NCBI RefSeq assembly: GCF_001194135.2
Contig: NC_068981.1
Coordinates: 42,521,155 to 42,585,154, forward strand
Reading direction: 5' to 3'
Length of the DNA: 64,000 nucleotides
Source: Octopus bimaculoides
Taxonomy: Eukaryota
Position 1 is the first letter of the stretch. Every line of letters starts with the position of its first letter. Below are positions 14,106 to 26,850 of this stretch, in pieces. A model generated the notes under the pieces. The model did no database searches. It had not been told where the DNA came from and worked only from the letters and a program-made list of their open reading frames with translations. Position numbers and translations under genes: made by a program.

Positions 14106-16089
14106 CAAAATTAGAACATATTACTAATGAATAATGACTATATTGCACACACTCAATATATTTGATGAGGATAAATAACATAAAACGCTCTTACTTTTAT
14201 AGATGAAAGGAAATTAGTATTTGTGATGGTTATGTCTTTCTAAATAGCATTGTGAAAAAAAAAAGGTGAAGAGAAAGAGAAATGACTTTAATACGCTGAT
14301 GAAAATCAAGCCACAGCCTCATTTCACTGAATGCACGTACCTTTGTTAACTAAAGTCGCTAACTAAAGAGAAGTATAAAAATTAAAAGTGCCTGCTCAAA
14401 ATTAAATTCTACCAAATTGCTAATTTATTGAACAATTATGAGAGAAAATTATCAGTGAAACGACGCCATCTTTCCTTTGCCAAATATAACGTACAGAATT
14501 TCCGGTTGTTTAACGAGCTTTATAATAGCAGTTTTCTTTTCTACCTATACTTACAATTATAAACTTCAGATTAGCTTTCAGCAATGATTATGACTGAACA
14601 AAGTTGGAAATATAAGTAATTTTAAATGCAGACTTTTGCATTGTTGATAGAAGAACATCCCCAGACTAACTAAGCAAACACTGAAGTCAACAAGATGTCT
14701 TCTTAACTACGTAAACATTGGTGTATTAACATGAGGTTATAATATGAACGAACACAGACATGGACAGAGACATTAGCTACACAGATATTACAAGTTCATA
14801 TAGTATCCATACATACACGCACGCAAAACATACACACACGCACACACGCACACACACGCACACGAACGCACACGCACACATATTCACATTCTCAATTGTG
14901 CTCACATACCGATGTTTGTTTACGTGTTGATGTGTGTGCTGTTGTTTATATTAAGATGTGTATGCGCATACTTATGATTATAGGTTGCCCTTGGATATTT
15001 ACGTTTGTACACAAGAGTGAGTATTTATATGAATGTCTACCTCTGTACACACACACACGAACACACACACATATACGAGGGTATATATGTGTATTTGGAT
15101 TAAGTACACACAAACAAACACATATACTCACACATGTATATGCATTGGATACACTTGTATGTGAATGTATGTGCGCAACGAGTGCATGTGTTTAGGTTGT
15201 ATATTTGTGTGATGTCTGCATCTGTTCATGTGTTGAATACTACGTGTACATACAATGTGTAAATAAGATTTTGCTGGAGGCCTTTTCATAAAACGGCACA
15301 CATGATTAATAATGGTGTCTAATAAATATATAAGCGATCATATATTATACTAGAAGAATAATGAAATTTCGGATAAGTTTTTTTTTTAATAAATATTGAA
15401 AACACTTTTTATTGAAAATATAATAATATGGGTAGAACTATTTTATGTAATATATATTTTATAAACAATTGAACCTCAAAAACAATATAGTGTTTAATAT
15501 TTTAAAACACAAATGAGTTTACGTTGGTAGTGTGTCGGACTAAGTGGCTTTTTGTGTTTATTCATACTCTAAATTGAAATCGACTTTACATTCTATTCCT
15601 TAGAGTGGGAAACGGATAAATAAAGTAGGAATCATATACTGAGTTGTTTCAATCCCCTCTTTTTTAAGTCTTGAGTGAGATGACGAGACCCCCTCCTTTG
15701 CGAGTTCACAAAAGCGCCATTGCATGTTCACTTGACATACTAAAACTAGCAGTTAAATTTTTGCTAATTCGCACCTTTCGTTATTTAAAATGTAATTACA
15801 TGAACACCTAGCACAATGGTATAAAAATGAAGAGACGTTGATTGATGGATCGCTTTTTATTGTGATTATGATTGGCCATGTCTAACCTGCAACGAACCAT
15901 TAGCAAGACCGATATTTGCTGAAACTAGGCCGACACAAAAGTCGAAATGACAGATAGCTCGAATTATTAATTGTCTTACAGCATTTATCTATGTCCCTTC
16001 ATAACTAACTTCATAATATTTATCTTTCTAATTCACTGAAGCCTAAAAACGGAACTAACGATGATACACACTTACGTTTATGTCCGGTT

Positions 16090-16108
16090 CGTATGTATGT
16101 ATGTATGC

Positions 16109-16141
<33 letters not shown>

Positions 16142-16410
16142 TGTCCGTATGCATGTAAGTATGTATGTGCGTATGCATGTATGTATGTGCGTATGTATGT
16201 ATGTATGTATGTATGTATGTATGTGCGTATGCATGTTTGCATGTGTGTGTATGTATGTGTGTATGTATATATGTATGCATGTATGTATGTGTGTATGTAT
16301 GTATAAGTATATATACTGTATATGTATGTACGTATGAGCAGTTCGTGCTTGTGTGAGAGTGTGTGTTTGTGAGTGAGAGTGTGTGTGTGTGTCTGTGTGT
16401 GTGTGTATGA
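16090..16410. repeat. (TATG)n/(TG)n compound microsatellite
   Basis: Directly visible; source of spurious YVCM/HTYI ORFs. Confidence 0.95.
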
Positions 16411-16774
16411 GTGTAACTGACTATAGGATCGAAACTTTTGTGTATTCCATTTACCAAAGTGTATTTGTTCGCTTGTGGATATATTTGTATGTGCGTATGT
16501 AACTGTATGAACACATAAGCGTAAACAAGAGTTAAGATAGAAAAGCACAATATTAAAATTTGAATTATAAAGAGCATAGAAAAAAAAAACACATATCTGA
16601 ATATCATAGCTGAATATCATAGCTGAATATCATAGTTGATATGGAATAACAAAAGAATATTACTGGTTAACATTGCAAAGAGAAAATTTTTCACATTTGT
16701 CGAATGAAAGATTAGGATCGCTTATGCAATGCGGTATAGTATACATAAATAGATACAGTCCACCTACATACACA

Positions 16775-16845
<71 letters not shown>

Positions 16846-17087
16846 TTGGGCCCCTGTGTGTGAAAATATTGGCAAAAATTATACATATTAGGAAAACACC
16901 GCAGCTTTCAAAGTATTAACTTTCAGATTAGTATGAAATCCGAATAAAAATAAAATCCATGTATCATATAACAAATCAAAAGACCATTACTATGAGACTG
17001 AGCACAACAATGTTATAATTGATATATACCGGGGTGTTGAATATGTAGAGACACGTAGACAGTACGTTCTAAGTGATGATCGTCATA

Positions 17088-17860
17088 TTAATATCTGTAG
17101 TATTTCTTCTGTCTTTACTTTCTGAGTTCAAATTCCGCCGAGGTTGACTTTACCTTTCATCCTTCGGGGTCGATTAAATAAGTACCAGTTAGGTACTGAG
17201 GTCGATGTAATCGATTTAATCCCTTTGTCTGTCCTTGTTTGTCCCCCCTTTGTTTAGCTTCCTGTTGGCAATAAAGAAATAAATATTAAAATCTAAAGTA
17301 CTTCATCTGTCTTTACATTCTGAGTTCAAATTCCGCCAAGGTCGACTTTGCCTTTCATCCTTTCGGGGGCGATAAATTAAGTACCAGTTGCATACTACAG
17401 TCGATCTAATCGACTGGCCTCTTCCTCACCAAATTTCGGGCCTTGTGCCTTGAGTAGAAACGAATATTAGTAGAAACGAATATTAATATCTGTAGTATTT
17501 CGTTTGTATTTACGTTCTGAGTTCAGATCCCACCGAGGTCGACTTTGCCTTTCATCTTTCGAGGTCGATTGAATAAGTACCAGTTACGCACTGGGGTCGA
17601 TGTAATCGACTTAATCCCTTTGTCTGTCCTTGGTTGTCCTCTCCATGTTTAGCCCCCTGTGGGCAATAAAGAAATAACTATTAATATCTGTAGTATTCCG
17701 TCTGGTCTTTACGCTGAGTTCAAATTCCGCCGAGGAAGACTTTGCCTTTCATCCTTTCGGGGTCGATAAATTAAATGCCAGTTGCATACTACAGTCGATC
17801 TTATTGACTGGCACCCTGCCCCCAAATTTTGGGCCTTGTGCTTAGAGTAGAAAAGAATAT
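17088..17860 (+). repeat. Tandem array of four 5'-truncated SINE family A units in A-B-A-B order
   Basis: Units start near 17088, 17285, 17481 and 17680 with ATTAA(T/A)ATCT(G/A)(T/A)AGTA. Units 1 and 3 end TTAATCCCTTTGTCTGTCCTT...GGCAATAAAGAAATAA. Units 2 and 4 end GCATACTACAGTCGATC...GGGCCTTGTGC..GAGTAGAAA.GAATATT. Confidence 0.9.
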
Positions 17861-17862
17861 TA

Positions 17863-18248
17863 TGTTGTTGTTGGCACTCTGTCGCTTACGACGTCGAGTG
17901 TTCCAGTTGATCCGATCAACGGAACAGCCTGCTTGTGAAATTAACGTGCAAGTGGCTGAGCACTCCACAGACACGTGTACCGTTAACGTAGTTCTCGGAG
18001 ATATTCAGCGTGATACAGTGTGACAAGGCTGGCGCTTTGAAATACAGGCACAACAGAAACAGGAAGAAAGAGTAAGAGCAAGTTGTGGTGAATGAGTACA
18101 GCAGGGGTCGCCACCCCCCTTCCAGAGCCTCGTGGAGCTTTAGGTGTTTTCGCTCAATAAACACTCACAACACCCGGTATGGGAATCGAAACCGCGATCC
18201 TATGACCACGTGTCCGCTGCCCTAACCACTGGGCCATTGCCCCTCCAC
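17863..18248 (-). mobile_element. Full-length tRNA-derived SINE (family B) with 14-bp target-site duplication
   Basis: Reverse-complement head GTGGAGGGGCAATGGCCCAGTGGTTAGGGCAGCGG...GGTTTCGATTCCC (A and B boxes); 3' end GATCGGATCAACTGGAACACTCGACGTCGTAAGCGACAGAGTGCCAACAACAAC; TSD AGAAAAGAATATTA at 17849-17862 and 18249-18262. Confidence 0.92.
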
Positions 18249-19015
18249 AGAAAAGAATATTAAGATCTGTAGTAACTCCAAATAACAGATAATGAATCCG
18301 GTCAATACCGGTTTACGTATATTCAGTAAGTACATCCTAGAGTATATTCCGCTTAGAAAAATTGCTACTCCTTATCCATTATGGAATAATACATAGCACG
18401 TCTGTGTTTAGAATAGTCTCGCGGTATTAACGAAAAAAAATTGTGAATTTTTCATAATGTGATATAAAACGCTTATTCTTCTATAACTTACCCTCATCTC
18501 TAGAAAGGCTAAAATTTCACCCACAACATAGTACCAATTAGTGAATCTGATATTTTAATCCCGCACCTAAGTGAATGTATTCTCTATTTTCATTCTTAGT
18601 TTTAAAAAATTAATATCACTATGGGTTTCCGCGACGGGGCCTAATTATATGAAATTATTGGAATTTATACTTTTTGGGTCCTCTTACACAAGTACAATTT
18701 TCTTAATATTTCACATAATCTGATCAAATTGATCTATATAGATTTAAAGGTTTTGTAGTGTCAGTTAAAAAGTAGGTTTAAGTAGGGCAATACTACTACC
18801 GCTAGTCTTTTGGATATTAACTGAAGTTTAGAAACTAATAAATTTTACGCTATCGAGAAAATATTACATATAAATATAAATTCGACACACCTTATTATTT
18901 TTCTAAATAATTTGCGTCCTAATTTTGATGACTGTATATCCTCATTGTCTTCAGATGATGCATTATTCAATAATGCATTATTCAATAATGCATTTATTAT
19001 TAGAGCGAGTAACAG

Positions 19016-19226
19016 GGCAGCGAGCTGGGAAAATCGTTTGCACGCCGGGCTTAGCGGCATTTCATTCGTCTTTACGTTCTGAGTTCAAATTCTGCCGAGG
19101 TCGACTTTGCCTTTCATCCTTTCGCTTTCGATAAATTAAGTACCAATGAAACACTGGTGTCAATGTAATCGACTGGTCACTTCCCTCAAAATTGCAGGCC
19201 TTGTGCCTTCAGTAGAAAGGATTATT
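19016..19226 (+). mobile_element. SINE family A, full-length copy
   Basis: GGCAGCGAGCTGGGAAAATCGTTTGCACGCCGGGC...TTTACGTTCTGAGTTCAAATTCTGCCGAGGTCGACTTTGCCTTTCATCC...GCAGGCCTTGTGCCTTCAGTAGAAAGGATTATT. Confidence 0.88.
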
Positions 19227-21264
19227 AAAACCAGTAATTTCGTCATATTGATTTCAGGAATAAAATTTAGTATATGATCCGTACCAAAAATTTCAGGCGC
19301 AGAAATAGACACGAAATATTAATCCAGTATATATAATCGAAATATACAAAACCATATTATCAGAGATTTCTGAAATTTAGATTCTTTCCATTTTCCATTA
19401 AACAATAGGTATAGAGTTACATATTAGAAATGCAGTTTAAGTAAGCTATTCCTGCTGTAAGAATTTAGCATGTTCTACCAAAATTATAATTTCACAAATT
19501 TATCAAAAATATTTACATGTGGATTAATAATGCATAATAGTTGTCTCTTTAATGTCAATTTCCCTTCGAAAGCTTTAATCGATTTTGTTAAAGATTTAAG
19601 CGAGAGTAATATTGCTCTTTGAACTTACAACAGCTTGACTGTTAAAGTGGTTAGGAACCGATTTCATGAATATAGATTTGCAAAAAGAAAACAAAAAAAC
19701 GAAAAAAAAAACAAGAAATATGATACAAATTTTTTCAAGGACACATAGGTTATGAAAGGAATAGGTTTCTGCTGTGTTTAAAATTCTGTGGTTGATCCCA
19801 AGCTAAGTCAATCCTTATGTTTTCATTCGATTCTACCCTGTAAGCTTTATTTGAATGAGAAATTGATTTTATTTCAAACTGACAAAGGCGAGCAGGGATT
19901 GTATGCTCCACTATTGTGCACGAACCAGATAAAGTTAAAGGTATTCTTTCATTCTTTGTAGGATATTCGATTTCATCTGCGCTTTTGAGGCTTCTATGTT
20001 TCTGTGCTTATAAAGAAAAGCTTCTTACTAAGTTATAAACCCGCAACTTAAGTGAGGGGAAAGATTCGATCATTTCGATACAAGTAATTAAATGCTACTA
20101 AAAGTTTCTAACATAGTGTACTGAATGTTTAATTTGGCGGGATTTGAAGTAAGATCATAAAGGATTGTTAGCAAAACCGATCGCCAAAATATCGATTTCT
20201 CTGTTAATTCGGTAAATCCTAACTTGTACGAATGAATACTCTTAGGAGATCACGAATGTGCACGAGTGAGATAACATTTGAATTAATCGATCCAAGTATA
20301 ATATGAGACTCATTTGCCAGACAACGATTAAAGGTATAGTAACACGAGCCCGATACAATATAATCTAGCTAATAATGCGCCATTGTGTATTCGGTCAAAG
20401 CGGTAGAAACAATCCTAAAACTTCATCTGTTTTTTTAAAAAACGCACAAGATATATTGTCTAACATGCCTTACAAATAATATGCACATCTATGTCAGAAA
20501 TGAATGTTTTCATCATAGGTTTGTCCTATGAGAACTGACCAGGGACTAAGCAACAACATAAATTCAGATCAAGAACCTGAACGATTATGTCCTCCACTGT
20601 AAAGTTTCCAATATGTACAGATCATAGTATGCTAATTAAATATATATGCAATTCTTGAACACATCGTTAATGCTGTATCCTTGGGTCACTGGGTATTTTG
20701 GATTTTACTCCATTTACTCCCATCTAGGCGACTTGACCTAGGTCAACCAAACCTATGACTTCGTGCGGCATTTTACTGACACCCCGGATCCTCTATTTTC
20801 AGTCAAAGACATCCAACTAGGTCCTCAGCAGTTCCTCCTTTGTTTTGATGACTCGTTTTCCACTGATTCCTGTAAAGCTTAAAATTCCATAAGTCTCACT
20901 CGGGCACGAGCCGTAAACACTTGACTGCCCGCCACCAGTGGAAAACGTAGTTTACCCCACACATTCGCCCTCTTCATATCTTGCGTCTCGACCATCTTCT
21001 CCTCCCAGGAAACAAGCTAATTAATAGTAATTTCTAAAAACAAGTTCAATGATAGACATTTTAAGTACCTGGAGTATTGTAAACTTTACCTCAGCGTTTC
21101 AGTCAGCCATTTAAAGTCGACGTTGTTAATAAACACACTGCCTTGCCTGAATCTCAGGTGCTTTGCGTATACAAGTATAAGAACATATATTCAGAGTCTA
21201 CACCTATCTAACTGCATTGAGCATTCTTGTGTTATTACATTAAAACTTATATATATATATATAT

Positions 21265-21453
21265 NNNNNNNNNNNNNNNNNNNNNNNNNNNNNNNNNNNN
21301 NNNNNNNNNNNNNNNNNNNNNNNNNNNNNNNNNNNNNNNNNNNNNNNNNNNNNNNNNNNNNNNNNNNNNNNNNNNNNNNNNNNNNNNNNNNNNNNNNNNN
21401 NNNNNNNNNNNNNNNNNNNNNNNNNNNNNNNNNNNNNNNNNNNNNNNNNNNNN
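21265..21453. other. Assembly gap (N) flanked by (AT)n
   Basis: N run. Other gaps: about 25065-25394, 47679-47892, 50437-51000, 52805-53593; nearly all gap edges abut (AT)n or (GT)n. Confidence 0.98.
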
Positions 21454-22397
21454 TATATATATATATATATATATATGGAGAGAGAGTGAAGAGAGAGAAA
21501 GCGATAGGGACAGAGAGAGTGAGAGAGGGGAAGAAAAAGAGAGAAGGAGAGAGAGGGAAGAAAGCGAGAGAAGAAGAGAGAGAGAGACTGAGTAAGGAAG
21601 ATAAAGAGTGAAAGAAATATTCTTACATAGATTCTTGCATCCATGTATTCAAAGAACACAGTCCTGAAATGGCTGTTTTGGACAGGAAATTAAAGTCATG
21701 TTCAGTTGCATAGGTCAGTTTCTAAACGGATGTTCATATTTCATTGAAAATTAGTGAGAAAAGAACATTTATGGTCAACTACATAAGAAACCTATGTGTT
21801 CTTTACCCAGGTTATGAATTTACATCTGTAACTAAATCATTGGTCCACTGAATTATGCTACAATGTTTTAAGTAATAAGTCTAAAAGAGCTGGAAGTTTT
21901 AGACAAAGAGCCTATTTAAATCAAACTATAAATTAAATCTACAAACTAAACGATGAGAATAAGCACAATGTTTTTAAATTCAGTATGTTACACTCTACCA
22001 TTATTATCTAAAGTACGATTATGGAGCTGTGTTTATGAGTTGGAGACTAGCCTTTCCCTATTTGAAGATTTAACTGAACTGCGGCATTACAGTGAAAATA
22101 TCTTAACCACATTCGTACACATATATTTTAGTATACGTATTTCGTTAGTATTTATATACTTGCACACACACACACGCACACACACAAATTCACACACACA
22201 CAAATGCATGCACACACACGCGTGCGCGTGTATGTCTATGCTTAAATGGATTTCTTTCTATTCAATCAATGAGTATTCCATTTTTTCATCAATTGAACTA
22301 CTTTAAGCTAATCATCAGATAGATTCAGCTTAATATTTCTTCTATTTTGATCGTAACACAAGACAGTCTTTTGCCTAATATTAATGAATTTATATGT

Positions 22398-22720
22398 AGA
22401 CGCATGGCCTAGCGGTCACGGTGCTACACTCACGATCGTGAAATCGTGGTTTTAATTCCTAGACCAAGTGTAGCATTGTGTTCTTGAGCAAAACACTTCA
22501 TCTCAGGTTGGTCTGCGATACCTGACGTGTGGTATATTGCGTACCTGTTCAGCCTATGCCGATTTGATGGCGGGGTACAGCACAAGCATTCAATCATTAT
22601 AAACAAATCTTTTGTGTAGGTTGTTCGACAAAAGCTGAATACTCATAGACCATCTTCATGTAGGCTCTTCGGTAAGAAATTTCAAAACCGTCTCTCTCAG
22701 ATTACGAGAGACACCGACTC
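22398..22720 (+). mobile_element. Degenerate tRNA-headed SINE
   Basis: GACGCATGGCCTAGCGGTCACGGTG...CACGATCGTGAAATCGTGGTTTTAATTCCTAGACC...TTGTGTTCTTGAGCAAAACACTTCATCTC; head matches those at 13722 and 36636. Confidence 0.65.
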
Positions 22721-25394
22721 CCATAAATAATTTTATGTTCTCCGTGCGAGTGTCTCCCTGGTATTTGCATCCACAGTTTTCTATTCTCTTTTCTCTCTCT
22801 ACTATGCCGTCTCTCTCTCTCTCTTTCTCTTTCTCTTTCTCTTTCTCTTTCTCTTTCTCTTTCTCTACCCTCTATCACTCTCAGCCCGTTCCTCCTCTTC
22901 CTAATTGATACTCTTCCTCTCCAGCATTTTGTTCATCTTGCATGATCTGTTTGTTTTTGAGCTTAACACAATATAATTTAAAATATTCATATGACACCTA
23001 ACTTATAACAACATTAATTATATCAATGCACGTTTGATATAATCGTAAAATAGTATGTTAGGTCGATGAATTATAACTATACAGCAACATCTATCAGCGC
23101 TTTATAACATCGATACATAAAAGAACAGAAACTAACTAATGCCACATTAATCATAATCGGTCACTTAAAATTACGTTCCCACGCATTTACTTAAGTAATT
23201 AATATAATAAAAAGGCTACTAATAGAATAACCCCAGCATCTGTCATAAAACAATCAAATGTTTCACACAGTAGCCGTTATAATTGAGGAACCCAGAATAA
23301 AACAATTTACAATCTTTCATTAATTTTACCCATCATATATATGCGTTATCTCTTTGCCCTGTTTTATGTATGAAGCACTTTGAAACAGACTAATAAATGA
23401 GCTAAACTAACAAATCCAATGTATATTAGGAAATAGTATATCTTAATATATAACAGCTAAATTGTAAATATATTAACACATCAAAATGTGTTACATAGAT
23501 TTTAGATCGTTAGGTAAATACACTAAACAACAAATATCAATTCACAATATAATTAAGAATTAAAACAATTATAAAAGTAGCGACGCTTCCACCGAATTCT
23601 TGTACCCAAGTAGACCTAAATTCAAAACGTCAGCTCTGATTTCTTCAAATTCATTAATGATTTCATACACTATGAATAAACTCATATTTATAAAATTTCA
23701 ATTCACCACAGCTAATACATTCTCGATAATATAATAAAAAAATTATCAGTTATAACAATGGTAAGCCTTTGTCTCCTCAAAATAATGATTATCCTCTGTC
23801 CCCCTCTTCCATTTATAATGTGTTACACGAATGTAAATGTTACTCATTCAGATTTACTATTGCTGCGAAGAAAAGCCTTTCAACAACCATCGAGATCGTT
23901 CTTTTGTTGCATCAAACTATTCATAAGATTTACATAGTTTTGCCTACAGTTCTCACACATTTACATGCATACATACATACGCACATACATACATACATAC
24001 ATACATACATACATACATACATACATACATGCACACACATATATTATAAATAATATATATATATATATGCCTATAAACATACATATTATAATATCAGGAA
24101 ATCAATATTAGAAAATTCATCAGAAAGATATATACATGTGTAAAATGATTGTTGTATTAAAAATATATATAAAAATATATGTAAATATGTATAATTATAA
24201 ATATTTAATAATAATAAATATGACAGTTTAAATGTTTTGAATTAAGTTTTAAAGCATCTTACGATCGTTTCGCAGAAGTGCTGTCCTAATAATTGAATCG
24301 TATATTGATAAGCATTTATAGACAACACTTCTGCTCTTCAGAGATATAAACTTTGAACTTTTTATAATTTATCGAATAATAGTTTTTTTTTAAAAATAGG
24401 GTGTTTCTTTGAAATATAAATTAAAGATGAAACATTATTGCTTTTGATTTTGGTAAGTACACTTTAATATGAGACTTTAATCCCCCTCTCTCACATTTCT
24501 TGGCCTTTCCTTCATTCTCACTTTCCTACCTCTTTTACCTCACTCTATCCCTTTCCTTTCTATTTCTCTCTTTCTCGTCCCTCCTTAATTCTTCAATCGC
24601 TCTGCCACTACCTCTCTTCTCTCTGTCCACGTGACCGGTGTTCCGCCAAGCCTGACCTTTTTTTCTTCGTTCAACTACCATCCGTGTAGCATCTCTTATA
24701 TCCCTTCCCATGACTTTCATCTCTTATATGCCTGCCGTAAGGCTTCACTTCCACACACGCCAGCTTAATTTATTTCGTCCTTCGTCGAAAGACACCTGTT
24801 GTTTGTATTTGTAATTGTGTACCATTTCTCCGTTTTTTCGTCCTTGTTTTCGCTTGCTTTCTTCCAAGGAATCTGGTGCTCTTAGCTTAGATTTTCTTGG
24901 GGCGGCCAGATTGGAGCAGTCTCGTGTGTAATCGGCCGAAACTGCTAAGATAATCGAGTACTCGACTGAGGATAGGAAGCTCCGAATGACCCTTGCTTTA
25001 TCGTGTCTTTGTTTGTATCCGGATGCTTTGTTGTCGCCTGCTATGTTCTTGTCACATTTTTGTTNNNNNNNNNNNNNNNNNNNNNNNNNNNNNNNNNNNN
25101 NNNNNNNNNNNNNNNNNNNNNNNNNNNNNNNNNNNNNNNNNNNNNNNNNNNNNNNNNNNNNNNNNNNNNNNNNNNNNNNNNNNNNNNNNNNNNNNNNNNN
25201 NNNNNNNNNNNNNNNNNNNNNNNNNNNNNNNNNNNNNNNNNNNNNNNNNNNNNNNNNNNNNNNNNNNNNNNNNNNNNNNNNNNNNNNNNNNNNNNNNNNN
25301 NNNNNNNNNNNNNNNNNNNNNNNNNNNNNNNNNNNNNNNNNNNNNNNNNNNNNNNNNNNNNNNNNNNNNNNNNNNNNNNNNNNNNNNNNNNNNN

Positions 25395-25444
<50 letters not shown>

Positions 25445-26449
25445 TACATATATATATAATGCACATACATACATATATATATGTACATACATACACATAT
25501 GTATATATATATGTATATATATAAATATATATTTTTATACATATATATACATATATATGTGAGTATATATGTATATATATATATATATATATCTGTGTGT
25601 GTATATTTCAAGCTAGGGAGAGAGAAATAGATAGATAGATAGGTAGATAGAGAGAGAGAGTGAGAGATGTGTATGTGTACACGCATGTGTGCATGTGTGT
25701 ATGAGTATGTGTACATGTGTGTATGTGTGGGAGGATGCGAGTATATATGTCTGACAATGTGTATGTAATCTTGACTACATGTTAAAAAAGGTATTCGTAC
25801 GTGGAGCGTCTCCATATTAAGATTTATCACTTCCTGGAAAATCATTTTTTGGTAGCAATACAGACGGGAGTATCGGCTTTATATGCCTCGTCCATATTTT
25901 ACAATTATGAAAGTGGAAAGGTGAAACTAATGTCCATCTCTGTGAAAGTCTAACGTGAAGCAAAACTACTGTATATGTTTTACTTCTCTATAAAAATAAT
26001 GTTTGTAGATATGATCATAACCATGTAATCACGATTTATATAGCGAGGTTAGTAAACGTCATCTAATCGACCCAGAAATGCGTGGTATTTTAATTTAAGT
26101 GGCTCTAGCGTGATTCGAAATGATGCGTTAGGGCGTAGTAAGTTATTTGTAGGCTATTATACGAAATCTGCTACTGAAATGCCTGCAAGTAATAGTATTT
26201 TTATATGATAGTAATACTTTCTATAGGGAGTATTAGTCTATTCAAATTTGCTACATAATACGAAAGAATTTTGTAGCATAAAGTCCTCATGTCTACTTTA
26301 AAGCATGCAAAATGAGTGAATCACGTGACAGACAACTTACTCGAATATTTAGTTAATTGAAATTTCATCAAATCATTTTGCACCTCGTGTCAGGTATGTG
26401 TAGATAGCTATTTACATTGAATAAATGGTTTTATATAATCGTTCTCTTA

Positions 26450-26850
26450 ATAAATGCAATAACATCTTGTGCAACTGTCCACTTAAAAATGAATGCCCAA
26501 TTGAAGGTTTGCATACTGTGCTACAGTAACAGCAAACATAATCACGAATACAACTTATATTCGATTGACAGAAAACATATTCAAAATCCTTTCCAACGTG
26601 TCTTCAGCTTTTGCTATCGAAATAAACAGAACAGAGCTGTTCTTCTCAACTATATATATAAATACTGGAGGAGAAGGATGGCAGCAATGTACAGTTAAAA
26701 TGATTGGTTATAGAATCATCTTCAAGGGTCTATTTCGGTGGATCAAGAATGTCGTACCCTTATGTGGTAAAAATATATATATTCTATTTTACCAAAGACT
26801 CAATCGGACATGAGAAATACTTCCCAAATTCTTAATTAGAAATATGTACG
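26450..26850 (+). mobile_element. Penelope-like element, GIY-YIG endonuclease region remnant
   Basis: CNCPLKNECPIEG followed (frameshifted) by TENIFKILSNVSSAFAIEINRTEL and NYIYKYW, resembling PLE CNC..K..CPL.G.C...YIG.TENTFK.RY..HKSSF......TELSKYIW. Confidence 0.6.

Noticed and set aside
16596-16634. 13-bp unit CTGAATATCATAG x3 (also a 15-bp duplication at about 18959 and GACACTTATAACCT x2 at 5821 and 5846)
   Set aside because: Ordinary local slippage duplications with no further structure.
17088-17860. Regularly spaced repeats that might suggest a CRISPR array
   Set aside because: Units are about 190-bp SINE bodies without unique spacers, there are no cas genes, and the context is eukaryotic.
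18170-18248. tRNA-like sequences with A and B boxes (also 13722, 22398, 36636, 60590)
   Set aside because: No complete cloverleaf; each continues into a SINE body, so they are SINE heads rather than tRNA genes.
24930-24990. Hammerhead ribozyme (GAAAC ... CTGAGGA)
   Set aside because: Stems II and III cannot be formed convincingly. Similar CTGAAGA or CTGATGA hits at about 2217, 12470 and 54598 also lack a properly closed GAAA.
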